A DNA stretch of 63,641 nt, filler included, from Platydemus manokwari (GCA_037951405.1; 6 parts of 6 records of this genome joined end to end with filler, not necessarily neighbours in it), one strand, 5' to 3'. Numbered from the whole stretch's first letter, positions 39,134 through 53,957 are shown. A program made the numbers and translations. The notes: generated by a model from the letters alone, not told the origin.

Positions 39134-40591
39134 TTAGGAAGTTGCATCATTAATCATTAATTTTGATTTTTTTGTTCGATTCTTTCGTAATATTTGAGTT
39201 CTTAACTTAGTCAAAGTCATTAAAGATTTCAAATTAGGAAGAACAATTGATTTCCTGGTATGTTGAGGTAATAAATCGTTCGTAGGAGACAAAGTTGAAT
39301 AAAATAATTCCAAATGAGGAGTTGATACATCTGTTAACAGACCTTTGTGATCTTCTTCAAAGCTTGGCGTCGGTGTCTTGGATTTGGAGGAAGTCGATCC
39401 ACCAGACGATGATTCATCAGATATTTTTTTAATGTTCTTTTCGAGATCTAACAACTTTTTCCACATACTAACTTCATCAATCTCTACTTTATTAGTTTCT
39501 ACATAAGGTTCAAGTCGTTTTTGATCAATAACTTTAGTCATTAAATCTACCGTGTCTAAAACAGGTTTAGTAATAAAAGGCAATTTTATAGGTGAACACT
39601 GCTTAATGTGAGAACTTATATCTGAAACCATATTTCGAATTTTCGAATTTTTATCAATATAAAGCTTAATCAATTCGTTATGTATTCTCCATGGTAAGTC
39701 ACTCCATTCCTTATCAGTTTTGCATTTATCTTTGTCAATTGATAGAATTGTTGCTCTAATTAGCCAAACAAGACAATATCGGACTACTTCTTTCGTGTTT
39801 ATTGCATATGTTAATAAAAATAGAATCGAAGGCGGATTACATCCGTAATCCAAGCAGAATGCAAGTGTGGAATAAGCGATAGATAACTGTTTGTTTAGAC
39901 AATTATTGTTTGTAAAATAAAATAATGGAAAATGGAAAGGTTGTTCAGTGTCTTGATCAAAGGAAATTGATGTTGTTTCTCTCAGTTTTTCATTTCTGAG
40001 GTCGACATAATTCTGAATCACTGCCGATCCTTCGGTAATTATCATCAATAAAAAATTGCAAATTTTCTTGAAATATTTACCAAACACAAACGGAAATTTT
40101 AATACAATGATTGCTATAGTGTAACACGATTCTTCAATCTGAACTAGAGAATGAATTGAAAATTTCAAACTCGTCAATTCTATAATTAGATTCTCTGAAT
40201 TATCATTCATCCATTTTTGACAATTCTTCAATTGTTCCATATCACTGTGAAAGATAATTTGCCTTATATATTCGCAGGAATTTGAGAACTGATTTTTTTC
40301 ACAGAGATCGTCCAATGTTACCGACAATATATGTTGAAAGGGTCTGTCATCTTTAGGTTTTCGTCTATATGGAGGTATGCGATTTAAACGATTAAGGAAT
40401 TGTTGTTTTGGCATTCCATTTAAATCCAAAACCTTTTTTAAAATCGTACCCATATGAATAATTTCTTCTTCCTGAATTATTCTTTTATTCAATTCCTTTT
40501 CACATTGTTTTAAAATATCTTTGTCAAAAGATGTATTCAATTTACGTATTATTTCTAATAGACTTTTCGAATTTTCATTGCTAGCAAACAT
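39134..40591 (-). CDS. Intronless ~485 aa helical protein, divergent HEAT/TOG (CLASP N-terminal-like) domain with Ser-rich and basic C-terminus
   Basis: Uninterrupted 1.5-kb ORF (first ATG 40591). ESCYTIAIIVLKFPFVFGKYFKKICNFLLMIITEGSAVI, KEVVRYCLVWL and LIKLYIDKNSKIRN resemble, by eye, the CLASP TOG motifs EACITL...F...I...L..L.NSAKIM, VRRRCFEFL and IKKGIHDADSEAR. Coding status is much more certain than the product call. Confidence 0.7.
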   Translation of the reverse strand: MFASNENSKSLLEIIRKLNTSFDKDILKQCEKELNKRIIQEEEIIHMGTILKKVLDLNGMPKQQFLNRLNRIPPYRRKPKDDRPFQHILSVTLDDLCEKNQFSNSCEYIRQIIFHSDMEQLKNCQKWMNDNSENLIIELTSLKFSIHSLVQIEESCYTIAIIVLKFPFVFGKYFKKICNFLLMIITEGSAVIQNYVDLRNEKLRETTSISFDQDTEQPFHFPLFYFTNNNCLNKQLSIAYSTLAFCLDYGCNPPSILFLLTYAINTKEVVRYCLVWLIRATILSIDKDKCKTDKEWSDLPWRIHNELIKLYIDKNSKIRNMVSDISSHIKQCSPIKLPFITKPVLDTVDLMTKVIDQKRLEPYVETNKVEIDEVSMWKKLLDLEKNIKKISDESSSGGSTSSKSKTPTPSFEEDHKGLLTDVSTPHLELFYSTLSPTNDLLPQHTRKSIVLPNLKSLMTLTKLRTQILRKNRTKKSKLMINDATS

Positions 40592-41999
40592 TAATACTAT
40601 TATTGTATTTATAATATTTTTTTCAAAAATCAATGGTAATTATTTTAATTCGAATAGTGGTATCATGAGAAATATGGCAAACAATTTGACGGAAATTAAT
40701 TTTCCCAAAAATAATAGTTTATCACAATTAAGCTCTGTTCGATATTTTGTGTTTATTTGAGTCAATTACTTTTTATTTATTCTGTGTTTTCGTGTTGAAG
40801 ATTTATTATTTTGTACAGTTTCAGACAACAAATTATATACAGTTTATATTGTTTTTAAAGTCTAAAAGTCATGGTCATTTATTACTGTATTCAGGATAAA
40901 AGATCTGCTTTCTATATGTATGTTCATTTGATGTTTAGTTTTCAGTAATGTTTATTGGTTTTTTGAATTTTTACGAACTGTGCTTGTTTGATTTTGTGAG
41001 TTTGTGTTTCGTCCAGTTGAAATGTATACGGTTGCTTGGTTTCTGAGTTAAGATGTTTCAAAAATCTGTATCTTACATTGTTGAAAACAAACAACATGTG
41101 AGCATTTTAAAGTCCCAAAGTTCTAAATATCAAATTCAAAACATATTTTCACAATGAATTTAATTGATCTATCAAGTAACTCTAACTTCACACAATCAAA
41201 AATTATGATTTTACTATCTAAAACATAAAAGAGACGCTGTAGGAGGGAACAATTTCAAAAATTAAGATCAATAAATTTTAATAATAATGATAAATCTACA
41301 TGAACACAGTTATTAGCATGGTCGAAGTTTCTACCAATAGAATAATCACTGAAAATCTAATTATATCTACGATATTAGTAATCTGATTTAATGTGTTTTC
41401 AATAATTACAATTTCTCTCTTGCTATTGACGAATCTCGATAATACCATCTGTTTATATGCCCTAGTCAATTATTGGATTCTAAATATATAAATCTGATTG
41501 GTTATTAGCTATCCATGTATATCAACCGTTTGAAGGTCATTTCCACGGTTTCCTTGAATATTTTAGATGTTTTGTGACTTACCGAAAACCTATATAACCA
41601 TACAAAGATAGCAACTAACCAATTACAGAAGACTTAGATGAAAAATTCTAATTTGAAAAATGACAATAACTACACAGTAACACATAAATAGCGATTGACC
41701 AATCCTCAGCACACGAAATCAATATATCCAATTGGAACTTGAGATATAAAAGAAAAAAAAGTGGTAAACAAATTGAACAATTGGAAACCAATTTTTATGC
41801 TGTTGTTATGTATTGATTTATAGAACACTGTTAAGTTTTGGTGTCGTTTATGTACATACTGATTAATGCAATTTAGTAAAATATAAATTACAACCTTCAA
41901 TCCTTTTGGATCACAACAATTATTTACCAAGGCTAATATCGAACAAAAACTAACCTTATGATTTTAGGTAGTCAGGATTTGGACAACCAGATCCCTTAA

Positions 42000-43030
42000 G
42001 GATAATAACAAGTTCAATTTCAGATCAGAGCGATTCTAGAAACAGGCTTTACCAGCAGTCTACAACTACTAGTCGACTAATATGCAGGAGGTCCAGTGAG
42101 TCTTGTTGACTTCATGACACAATATTTCATTTAGCCTTCTGTTTAAGCGATGAGCCAAAAGAACAATGATCTAACGACTCCCTCTCTACTCAAAAGGCGC
42201 AACAAGAGAAGCCTAAAACAAAATTAATCGAAGAAATATAATCAGTGGACGGCCATGAAAGACGCACAATTGGAGTAATAGATCAAGAGAGATGTAGGCT
42301 CCATCATTCGGTCAAAATTTTCTACATATATTAGAAAGCCGGTGAAACAGTCGGTGATTTTGGATGCCACTTATCAACTCTAACAGACATTTTGACTGAA
42401 AACAGAATATCCAAACCCGAAAAGCGGTCGAGGATCAATTTTTAAAAGGAGCTCATCATCACATTATTACAATTCTCAGTCTCACCGACTACAATAACTA
42501 ATATGAGCTCATTAAAAAGACTCTGAGAGTAGAAATTAATTTCACTTCTATAATTCAACATCACGTCACGTATGCCACAGAAACTGATATTGCTACAATG
42601 TGTGAAATCGAAAGGTTATCACCCACAAAATTTATCGACAACACTAAGTCGAAATCCACATGAACATTTGCCAAATTTCAACTATCTTCAACCAATGACT
42701 CTCCAAAGAGGCAGTAATTGATAACATTCTTCAAATTTAAACGAATCTGGCGATATGCTAACCATTGCAAATTCGCATTTGCAAACAAGAATCCTTTAAA
42801 ATCTCAAAGTAGTTCCACTTTCCAAATTCTCAAACGAAAAGATTCACCAGTTAGAGATAATATCATGCTTCTAATGCGGCAGATATGGCCATTTATCTAG
42901 AGACTGCAAAGCAAGAATCATATGAAAATCACAGCAGAGACAATGTTAAAGCTCAATACCACATAAAATACTTTTCTTTGTGGTAATTTCGGGCATTTCG
43001 TTAGGTCATGTCTACTAAACGCGAGCAGAT
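42000..43030 (+). mobile_element. Decayed retrotransposon gag remnant
   Basis: FLCGNFGHFVRSC at ~42973-43011 is a CX2CX4HX4C zinc knuckle with the first Cys lost; lies at the end of a GC-richer, stop-ridden segment. Confidence 0.5.
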
Positions 43031-43733
43031 TCCAGTAATCTTCTCCAAAAGGTGGTGAGCTTTCACGCCCATCAATCCAGAGTTTATCTAATATAATCAG
43101 AATGTCATTTTTAGTGATAATAAAATTTTAAAAGTCGTTGTTATTAAAGAGAAGAACAAAGAATCTAGTGAAATTAAATTAATTAATAATAAAAATTGAA
43201 TATATTTAACAAAATCGAAGAACTAAAAGTAGGAATGTTATCCTTAAGCAATAATTTTTATGACAATTATAATGATATTTGGCGTTGGAGATGAAGTTAG
43301 AACCTTAATTGCTTATAATTACTCTAAAACGGAAATTAGAAGGATTTATTCATTAATGGGTATATACAGCATATCTAAAGACAATAATGAGCATTGGAAT
43401 TTGTTAGAGTTCAGGTCAAAAAGTTGATCAATAAAATTAAACTTTTGTTTTCCGCTGTAGTAAAGTAGAGTTACAGGTCATTATTTATGATGATAAATGT
43501 GATAAATTAGCATATTAGATTAACTACAAAGAATTATAAGTTTCAAAAATAAAACTAGGAAGGATTAAAGATAAAGTCCACAAGGTAACAAAAGATTGAC
43601 ACAGTATTTCAGTAATAAATTGGACTATACTCATCATTTTGGTCAAAACACGGTAGTTATAGGGTTTTTTAAGTTTTAAAATAAATTTTGCACAATTTAA
43701 GATAATTATTTACATGAATAAGAGAATTGTTTA

Positions 43734-43833
43734 NNNNNNNNNNNNNNNNNNNNNNNNNNNNNNNNNNNNNNNNNNNNTTAATTAATTAANNNNNNNNNNN
43801 NNNNNNNNNNNNNNNNNNNNNNNNNNNNNNNNN
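43734..43833. other. Artificial contig linker
   Basis: N44-TTAATTAATTAA-N44. Confidence 0.97.
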
Positions 43834-44154
43834 ATTCCATTTGATTCTCAATCTGGAATATGTCAAAATCTATTTCCAAATAACAATCTTTATTTAAATA
43901 ATTTTAAGTTATTTAATATAACTGATGAAGGTATATGTACAACGACCAAATGTGTAAATTACAATAATAGAGAAGCCAAAAATTATACCAAAAAGATGAA
44001 TAATAAAATTGATCACTTGGATTGTAATGCATGGAGAAATTCCAAATCTTTACCAAACAATGAATATCAAACCAATAAATTGAATGATGCAAAATTGTAT
44101 GTTGCACCAATTCATGCAAGTATTCCAATTTATTCTGACTTTTTTCTTTTTTGA
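43834..44154 (+). CDS. Possible 3' end of a gene truncated by the contig start
   Basis: Frame is open from the first base of the contig for 106 codons (IPFDSQSGICQNLF...APIHASIPIYSDFFLF*), Asn-rich; absent from the ORF track because it lacks an early start codon. Confidence 0.35.
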   Translation: MPFDSQSGICQNLFPNNNLYLNNFKLFNITDEGICTTTKCVNYNNREAKNYTKKMNNKIDHLDCNAWRNSKSLPNNEYQTNKLNDAKLYVAPIHASIPIYSDFFLF

Positions 44155-47100
44155 CTAGAGTTGAAGTTATTGGTTTCGCAATTTGTAATTTTTTTCTAAC
44201 CATACTTCAGAGTACAACACTCCATTTTCGAAGACTGCATAACACGATCTTTATTAGTATTGAGTCTGTAAAGTAAACTATACTTGAGTTATTTATTAAA
44301 ATCTTGGAGATTGGCACTGAGTACCCAATCAAGTTAAATCCAAGTTTTCTTATGCCATTTCACCCAACTCATTCGAAACCCTATTCCTATTCAAATCACG
44401 AACTCAAGTCTAAATTCAATCTAGATGTCTAAATTGAAAAACAAGCAAATATTAGTTCGGTCTAAATAATATTAATACACGGTCAGTAACAATGCAGACG
44501 CTCGATACAATCTGGTTGGGATTCAAAATCAATGAAAAAGACCAAATAAACCTTAACAAATCTGAGTATTTAATTTAAATAAACTCATGTTTGTCCAGAC
44601 ATTAGAGGACAATCAATTACTCAATTCTGCGAATATCATCAGGTATCACCATACACAGTCAATCGTTACACAGTTATTGAATTGACGAACTTTTCGATTT
44701 AGAGGTGACGATTAACTATCCTTTGTGATCCCTTTACGATTTAAACCTCAATGATTGTATATAATTTATCTTTTAACTTTTCATCTTCATAATATTGTGC
44801 ATATAAATTTTTTCGATGAACAGTTATTTGTACTTTTTATATTTGGTATTTAAAAAGTTGGTATTTATTAATTTTTATATTTTTTAAAAAAGACGAACTC
44901 ATGATTGTCGGAATGAATACTGAATAGTTTATAATAATAATTAAATTACAAATTCCTCTAAAGAAAATAATGTATGGATATTCGTTATAATATACACACA
45001 TTATTTTGCTAATTATAGAATTGTTCGTAAACAATTACATGTTGACTCAATTGCAATTGAAAACCAGAAAGTGTTTATACTTCGAAACCATTCCAGTTGC
45101 AATCTTCCGCGAAGCTATATAGGTAACATAATATATAAAAATCAGTTTCTCTACCCTGGTTTATCAACCAACTAAAGATCCTTATTTTGGCAACTATTTA
45201 TAAGTCGAATTCCTATTTAAATTGAATTCAAACCGATTAAATATTGAAATTTTACTTAATTAATAAAAAAAGTAATTTCGTCAAATTTAGCATCCCTAGT
45301 AGCTATGACAACATATAGATTCTACCTAACTTCAAGCGAGGAAGTAATAATCAAGGCTCTTGCAGATATTTTTGCAAGAGACTTTCGTTCTAAGTGAATC
45401 AGAAACCTAAATGGAATTATAAATAACAATATAAATTCTGATTCTTGTTTATTAATAATTTATTTATTTATTGTTGTTTTATTTGCTATTCAGTATTGAT
45501 ATTTAGCATCATTATTGTTGCTAATATTAATTATATTTTATTGAATAGATTGATTATTCTTAATCATTTATAATAAATTTATTGTCGACCATATTAACAC
45601 ACCAATTTCAGGAGTTAGATTGCAGCTAATAATATTTTATATATAATCATAAATATCAAGTGTCCGACAATATTGTATTATTTAAGAAAATTTAATATTC
45701 ATGAAAGCTAGAGAAAAAATTAAAATAACGATAATTTATGTTTGGCCTATTCTTATCGCAAAATGCAATGAATAGTAAATATGAAAAAATGAAATATATA
45801 TCATATTGCAGTCTGGTAGGATTAGAAAATCGTGATTTAAAAAATGCTATATTAATGGAACGATAAATAAAATATCATTTATTTTAAACACGGATAAAAT
45901 AAAACGATTGTTTAACTGGCAAAAACCCAACAAACCAAGACTATACAAACAGCCAGATTTTACACGGTGATCAAACACACGAAAAATTGTATATATCTCT
46001 CTGAATCATGGCGATACTTGAAACAGTTTTATTAATAGCCTGTGAAGAAAAATTTGAAAATTTACAAGGAAATTTCTAATTCGTTAAATTATGAAAAATT
46101 TAATACATTAATTGGAACGTTAATTCGTAGATTTAAGGTAAAAAAATTATTATCATTTATAAAGTAGAAAATTCGCTGTCAAGTTATACCGGTAGGATGA
46201 GTTAAAATCAATTGAAATTTAAAAGTGTAGACCTTAACGATATTCGTGTTTTTGACTGATTAACCCACTCAATCATTTTCAAACTAATTGAGTCAAACTA
46301 ATTTGAATTTATGTTAATTAAATAGTTTGCGTGATGGAATTTCTGTTGTAGTCACCGACAATAAGTATAATTCAGATTGACAAAGTTTGTGAATAGAAAG
46401 CAGAGCAAATTGAGTTAAAAGTAGCCAACCGAATTCTCAATTTATTACTTAATGTGATTGTTGGTGAACATCGTATCATTGTTAATTTTCATAATTTACG
46501 GTAATAGTAAATTATTTTAATCAATTGAGTTCATTACTTTGTGTTCGTAAATAAATATATTTAAAGAGATTGATAATAATTTGTAATAATAAAATTTGAA
46601 ACCAAATCGTTCTCTTGTTTATAGTATAATATCACTTCATTGGATTTTTTATATGTATTCTATACAAATTTGACAGCAATCGCCATCTAACAATTTTATA
46701 TTTTGAAAATCGAATTTAATTTTAATGTATTTTATTCGACTGTGTTTCGTTATTAACTATTTATAGTATTGTTGAAGTACCTTATTGATTATTGTAATCT
46801 GGTAAACAATTGATTAGTTTCTAAAAAATATGATGCATCTCTTCAAGCAATCATGCTTTATAAGAAATACGCTCAAGTGATATTGAATGATTTTAAGAAC
46901 AAAATATAACTACACTAATCAAATACGTGTCGTTAAGATATAGATTGTCATTTCCAAGTTATTCCAAGTCAAACTGAGTTATTTTGGTTTTAAGTATTCT
47001 CCTACAAAATTACCTTAAAATCACAATTTAAATTGAAGTATTATTGGGGTTACGAGCAAATTACTCTTCTCGAATATCGAATCGTATCTGAAATTGCTAT

Positions 47101-50100
47101 TTCATGAAAATTTTATGCAATAAATTGTATACTTAAATATTTTTATTAGTATTATAATTGCAAAACTAAATATCGCATATTTTTTTATTTTTCTGGAAGA
47201 CGGTAAGAAATGATAAAATTTGTAATCTTGAAAAGTAAATATTAAAAAAGAATATTAATTATTAAGACCAACTAAAATACACGCATAAGCCAACAAAGCA
47301 ACTGAAAAAAGTTAATAATGAAAAATGAAAATTATCATTATATCTTAAATTAATGGAAATTGAAACGAATTACTTCGAAACTTTCATAGCAACAAAATAT
47401 TGCCTTTATATTTTAAAAACCCTTTGAATTAAATACGATATTATCTTTTTATTAACAAATACCTAACAGTAAAATAATAAAAACTATAAAAATTAACTTA
47501 AGGATAAATATATCAACAAGCATGAAAAGCTGCTCAATAATGTAATAGAAACTGGTAGATCAATAAGCTCGTTAGAAATTGACATAACATTTTTGCAATA
47601 AGCCAAGAAAATATATACTGGAAGATTTCCAACTGCCTCAAAGACGCCATCAAAGGACATGTAAGATCCTTTCTGTAAATTCACATGCTTATTTAAAATT
47701 CTGTCTCACATTCTTCTTTTTAATCAAGTTGAACTCAAATTCCTCGAATATCAGTTTTACTCTTTAGTGGAGAATATTAATTGCCATCTTCCAGAAGTTT
47801 TATAGAAAGTAATTTGATTTCAGTGTGGATATTGATATTACATAGTAAATTGTTGTAATTGTGCCATATTTTATATTCATATTAAACATTTGAGAAAACA
47901 AAATTTATTTTGACATTGCCATGGGCAAAGTGCCATAAAAATGATATTTTCTATAAAATTATTATTCCTAATTTTCATCGTACCACCTTTTAATAAGAGA
48001 TTACCGTAGTTTGAATCGAAAGAAATGAATATTAAAATCATTGATACAACAATAAGAGTGTTGAGAATATTTTAATAGGATTAAATAACCGCTCATCTCG
48101 TCCTCATGAAATCATTAGAAGCGATCGAGGAGAAAAAATATCACAATTCTAGATTTATTACTACCCGTCAATCATCATGACTCTGGAGATTGCTACAAGA
48201 TGCGGTTGACAATAATAACTATAACAAAATCGATATTAGTCCCAAAGTAACAGTATTAGCTAATTACAATAGTAAGGTATATTTCATGTCACAATAATTT
48301 TGAGTATCAAAGTAATAAATATTTAAAATAATTCTAATAATCATCTCATTATACCTTCAGAGAATCAAAGCCGTTTTAAAAAGTCCTTAGTTTCACAAAT
48401 AAACTTTTATTTTATTCTTATTAATTTGATTATAAGTAGCTAGTATAAGAATCTAATTACCATATAAACGAAGAATTTCCCTACGTTTTATTTGATTCAA
48501 TGATGGGCAAATTTGATTTATTTGAAACATCGGATATTTTATATAATACAAATGGCTTCTTGTAACAATATAAAAACAAATTTTCGGATCTCAAATAAAA
48601 TGGATATGAAAAAGTATTATCATTTATAGCTGATCATTAGTGTCTTGTGATGATCTATTAAAGAATGTTGGTTTTGAAACAAACGTGTCCTGAATCTCCT
48701 GAGATAAATTTGAAAAAATTCCTATCTTCTTTTCTCTCAGATCTGGACAAAATATAGAGTTTTAACCTAATCGCACGCTAACTAAAAAAGTTCTGGTAAA
48801 AATACAAAATACTAATAGCAATCAACACTAAAGTTTGCAGTACTACAATAAATTCAGACATCCTTAATAAATTCCCAACATACGCTTTTCAATCCATATG
48901 ATGATGGTATCGATTAGAAAGTACTGCCAAGTCAGTAGCGGTAATCCGTTGAATCGTATTAAATCCAGTGAATGAATTTAGATTGACATAAACGCAATCA
49001 TTGATGTTGTTATAAATTGTAATCAATTTAGATAGATTGATTCAAGTCATGGTAATTTAAAGAACATAGCTTACATTTCGTTGTGAAGATTTATAATGAA
49101 TTGAAATTTAAAAATTTTAAAATCAGGATTTTATAAAATATTTCTTTGTTTGAATGTTTATAATTAAATTATAATTTGGTGTCGTGATTTTTCCAGTCAT
49201 TTCCAATGCGTGATTTATAAATTATAGTAACGGCTAGATTAGTTATCGTGATTACCATAACACATGAAAGTCTATATTTTGTAGATCCTGAACAGTCATA
49301 CCAAAGATATTCAATGTCAACCATGTTGACAATTTAAAAGTCAAATCATAGTTCAATGACAGTAAAATCAACAAATATTAACAATCAAATTACAATTAAT
49401 CCCAACCATCAATATTCAAAAATCGATCTACAAAGTAATAAAGTTAAACGAAATCTAACTAATTACATTCTGGTACTTGTATTCGGTTAACAATAGTTCG
49501 TACGAAACTGTTTTTGCTTCTCAAATAAGTCTCAACTACCTTTATTATATTAAATTTTGTTTTAAACTATTATTATATTGTTGGGTAAGACTTTATAATA
49601 ATAATTACATAAAACTGTTTCAAATATTTCATTGACTCAGTATCAAAAATTTAAAAAATTAGATTATAAAATTAAATTACAAAAATAGAATTACTTAAAA
49701 AACATAATCAATAAGTTGCTAAATATAGCAATCATAACATTAAGATAATAAATAATGATATAAATAGCAAAAATAATAATATTATAAAGTAAAAAAATAG
49801 AACATGTTGGGGATCTGAGGAATAGGGTGCAGATAAATAATTAAAAACACAATTGACATCAATATATAATTGTATCAATTTATAATAGGTGTATAATGTA
49901 ACTAAATTTTACTTTGTGGTTTAATTAAAAATGTATCAATTAATCAGTGTATCATTTCATGCCTTTGAGTTTTATTCGGAATGTATCAATAAACTACCAT
50001 AGTATTTGATGCATAAAATCCTTATTGTAATAATTTTTATGAAAACAATGTTTTATAGCTTATTTTTTCCTGGAAAATTGGCAATGCGAATAAATAATTA

Positions 50101-53100
50101 ATTAGTACAAAAATAATTATAAAAATAAAGTTTATAATTATTTTCTAAAAGATAATAAGATATTATGTAATAATGTTAAAAAAAATTAGTTAACAGATTA
50201 AAATTATTATTATTTAAAAAAATAAAAACTTGATTTTAACAGTAATAATTACTAAAAAATAGCAACGATTATTTTTCTATAATGAGAAATGAGTTAATAG
50301 AAAATTAAAACTAAATCCTTTGAGAGTTAATAAAAAATTGTAACGAAATTAAAATATTCCGAAATATCGGATTAGTTTTTGTAGGGGATAAAATCACCAG
50401 AACCTTTGCTCCTTTTATCAATCACAAGAAACCACTAGATGTATTTCAAGCATTTGCTCGTAGTCATTATTTGCAATTTGCCCAAGATATTTACAGTAAA
50501 CATGAGTTCGATTTTTATGTAAACAACTGATCGGTATTATACAATATATGGTATATCATTTTATTATCGAACTTTGTCTCACCTAACACTCTTAAGGTAT
50601 TCGGTTTTGCTCCACGAGGAGGCAATTAACCGTTGCTTATTCCTGAAATTGCTAAGTTTTCATCGTCTAGGAATTTTTATTCAGTGAATAGTGTATTGTT
50701 AAAATCAATTGTCTATTGTAATTTTTATATCAATTGTTGTATTTGTGTCTACCAATAAGTTTTTGTATAGTTAAAGAGGGTTTATTGATTGAAGTTTATA
50801 AAATAATCCATATATGAAATAAGTTAGAGTAAAATGAGATTGATAGGAGTAAAATCAATAAGAACATTGTTGCCACTCCATATAATATTGAGTGTCAGCT
50901 GAAGAAAGAAAATATAAAAGGTTTGAGTTTGTACATTGGGTTTTCATCAGAACTCATAGAGATTGATCAAGACAATAGTGATCTTCAGCAAAATAATATT
51001 TGAGATCAATTAGATAAAATAAAATTACAAAGCCCCAAAATGAACAAGCATACAAAGCATAAATGAGACAAATAGAATAGACTAAATAGAAAAAATCACC
51101 TTTTGTTAACTACAATAGCTACGGACTCTATTAATTATTCGATAAACAATAGCTAGTAATTAGTTAATTCTTATTGCTAATCGAAGAAGACAATTATTTC
51201 AACTGCATCAAAGAACAAACCAATCAGTTCATAGCAGCGGAATTAAAAACCAGGCCATATATGTCGATCACGAATTTAGATTAAGAAGTTTATTAAAATA
51301 AATATAGCTCAGATTTTTAGGATTCATACCACACACGAAAAAACGAGTTTCAGAATTAAATTAGAATAGGAACATAATTTTATAGAACATAAATTTATTC
51401 ATTGTTACTTGTTAGTAATCAAACAAAAGGTTAAGCTAACATTGTGCCAACTCACAATCGTTTAACTAGAAATTAGTCACTGTTCCGAATTCAAGAATTT
51501 CTCAACAAGTAACATTTTTCATATTATAACATCATCGTAACTCTAATAAACATCCTCTATCTTCATTATAGAAACGTCAGATTTAACTCGATTCAACAGG
51601 AGTATAAATAAATTCGAAACTAATATTAAATTGGAGTCCCAATAGTAGTGGTTACGGTATCATAAGTCCTAACCACCGATAAGTTACTAACAATTTAAGG
51701 CTCTTAAAATCACATCGTTCTATCACAATGGAAACAAAAAATAGTTAAATTAAGTAATCAACGACTTGCTCCGAGTAGCAAAATAATTGTATATCTTACT
51801 TCATTATTGTATTACGATTTCGTCTTATGATTTTTGTGTAATCCAATTTTGTAATAACCGTTATTGTCATATGAATTGATATATTTTATTGATAGCAGAT
51901 TATTTATTTATATTTTATATATTATTTCGTTCATAATATACATAACTTTGGAGTCAGGTACCTATTTAAAAATAACTACAATTAACATAAAAACATTAAA
52001 TTTATTAATTTAAATTATTCATAGAATATATGTAAATATTTAATTCTTTTATAATTTTCAATCTATTTTAATCTATTGTATCTCAAATCTTAAAACTTAA
52101 TGAACTCAACAATAATTTATAAGACCACTTTGGATTGTATCACTATACCACAATCCTATCGGACACTTATTAGTGGATCTTAATATAATTTTGTTATTCT
52201 CTCATCACTTCCTATTTGCTTATACATATTAAGTCTTTTAAGCATATATCCTGACAGATATAGGTAAATATAATCTCAAAGTTAATTTAATGATTCATAC
52301 CCTCAAACACTCAGACAAATTCCAGTTAATGCCATGACTATCATCGAATATCGATGATGAACAAAATCTTTAATTAAAGTAAATATAAAGTAAATGTTTA
52401 AAACTCTGTAATTTACAGTGTTTAAAGGTATGAGAAAAGTTTTATGTGATAAGTATAAATTTTTATGAAACTTATATATTGATGTATTTAATAAATGCTC
52501 TTGGATAAAGTGCATAGTGAAAATAATAATAATAATAATAAAATAAGCAAAAAATAATTACAAAAAAACAATAATTAGAAAAATAGAAAATATTATTATG
52601 TTTATATAAAAACAATATTAAGATAATTAATCAAACAGAAAGAAAATTTTTTAGAAAAATACAATAATATCCACAAAATCAATATTTGCTACATAAAATT
52701 TGAAAATTAATCAAAGTATACAATGAGAAATTTTCAACCCGTTTTTCGATCAATGGAAATAATAGAGGAAATAATTAAAAAGACAGATGGATAAGGGAAC
52801 TCAAACAACGAGCACTTACATAACAGATGGCCTTGCTCATAAAATTTTATCCTATTGTTTTGTGAAATAACTTCCGAAGAATTTTAAAGACTCAATTTCC
52901 TATTGTCAATAATCGTTATTAAACTATCACGAGTAGCATTTAGTGACATTCTTATAATAAATCTTTAAATTTATTGAGCAACATTGTACGAATTAAAATC
53001 TGATTTCTAATATTACAATATATCATACCTTTTTAGTTTAATCAATTATATTAGCTGGTAATATTTTCAAAGCTTAATTTATAAAATCGTTAATAATAGA

Positions 53101-53850
53101 ATTATATATTATATTAATTGTCATATGATTATTTCCCGTATTCTTTGCACATTATCGCACTAACCCACATAATATAGTGCGACACGAAATTAGCCAAATA
53201 ATAAAGACAAAAAATAATCAAAAATCTGAATTTTTAATATTTTAATGTTAAGGACCATCCAACATAGAATCTCCAGTAAAATAAACGCCCCAATGTAAAA
53301 TCCCAAAAGCCAATTTACTCAGTAACAGCCTCAAGTAAAAAAACCTAACAATGTATATAGAAATACTTAACCCGTGTATATATGTACATAGATTATAAAT
53401 ACGTTACACCTTGATAATAACCCAGTTTGACAATGCTCTACAGTATTCCAAGCAACAATGAAGATGACAGTGGGAATCGAGCAGTAAAACATTTAACAAT
53501 CGTGGTGAAAATTGAACTAATGATTTAATATTTTTATGTTTCATAATATAATTGTCTTTGTATATCTTGAATTATGCTAATATTTTTGAAATTTACAATT
53601 ATATTTTGACTTGATATGAAAAATAGTAGTTATATTGTGACTAAATATAGTTCATGGTTGCAGTTCTGAATGTATTTCATTATTATGGTTATGTAACCGT
53701 ATTAAAGGCGGAGTGCAGAGTGTGAGCAGAGGGATGAACGTCGACACAAAATAATAAGTGTAAAGAGAGATAAAGACAATAGTCAAGATTAATAATGAGT
53801 AGAAAGAGCGTATTAAGAGAAAATATAAAAGAATAAAATAAGCAGAATAT

Positions 53851-53950
53851 NNNNNNNNNNNNNNNNNNNNNNNNNNNNNNNNNNNNNNNNNNNNTTAATT
53901 AATTAANNNNNNNNNNNNNNNNNNNNNNNNNNNNNNNNNNNNNNNNNNNN
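53851..53950. other. Artificial contig linker
   Basis: N44-TTAATTAATTAA-N44. Confidence 0.97.
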
Positions 53951-53957
53951 TAATAAC

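Noticed and set aside
44200-44720. Possible RT remnant (WLGFKI)
   Set aside because: A single short motif without supporting neighbours.
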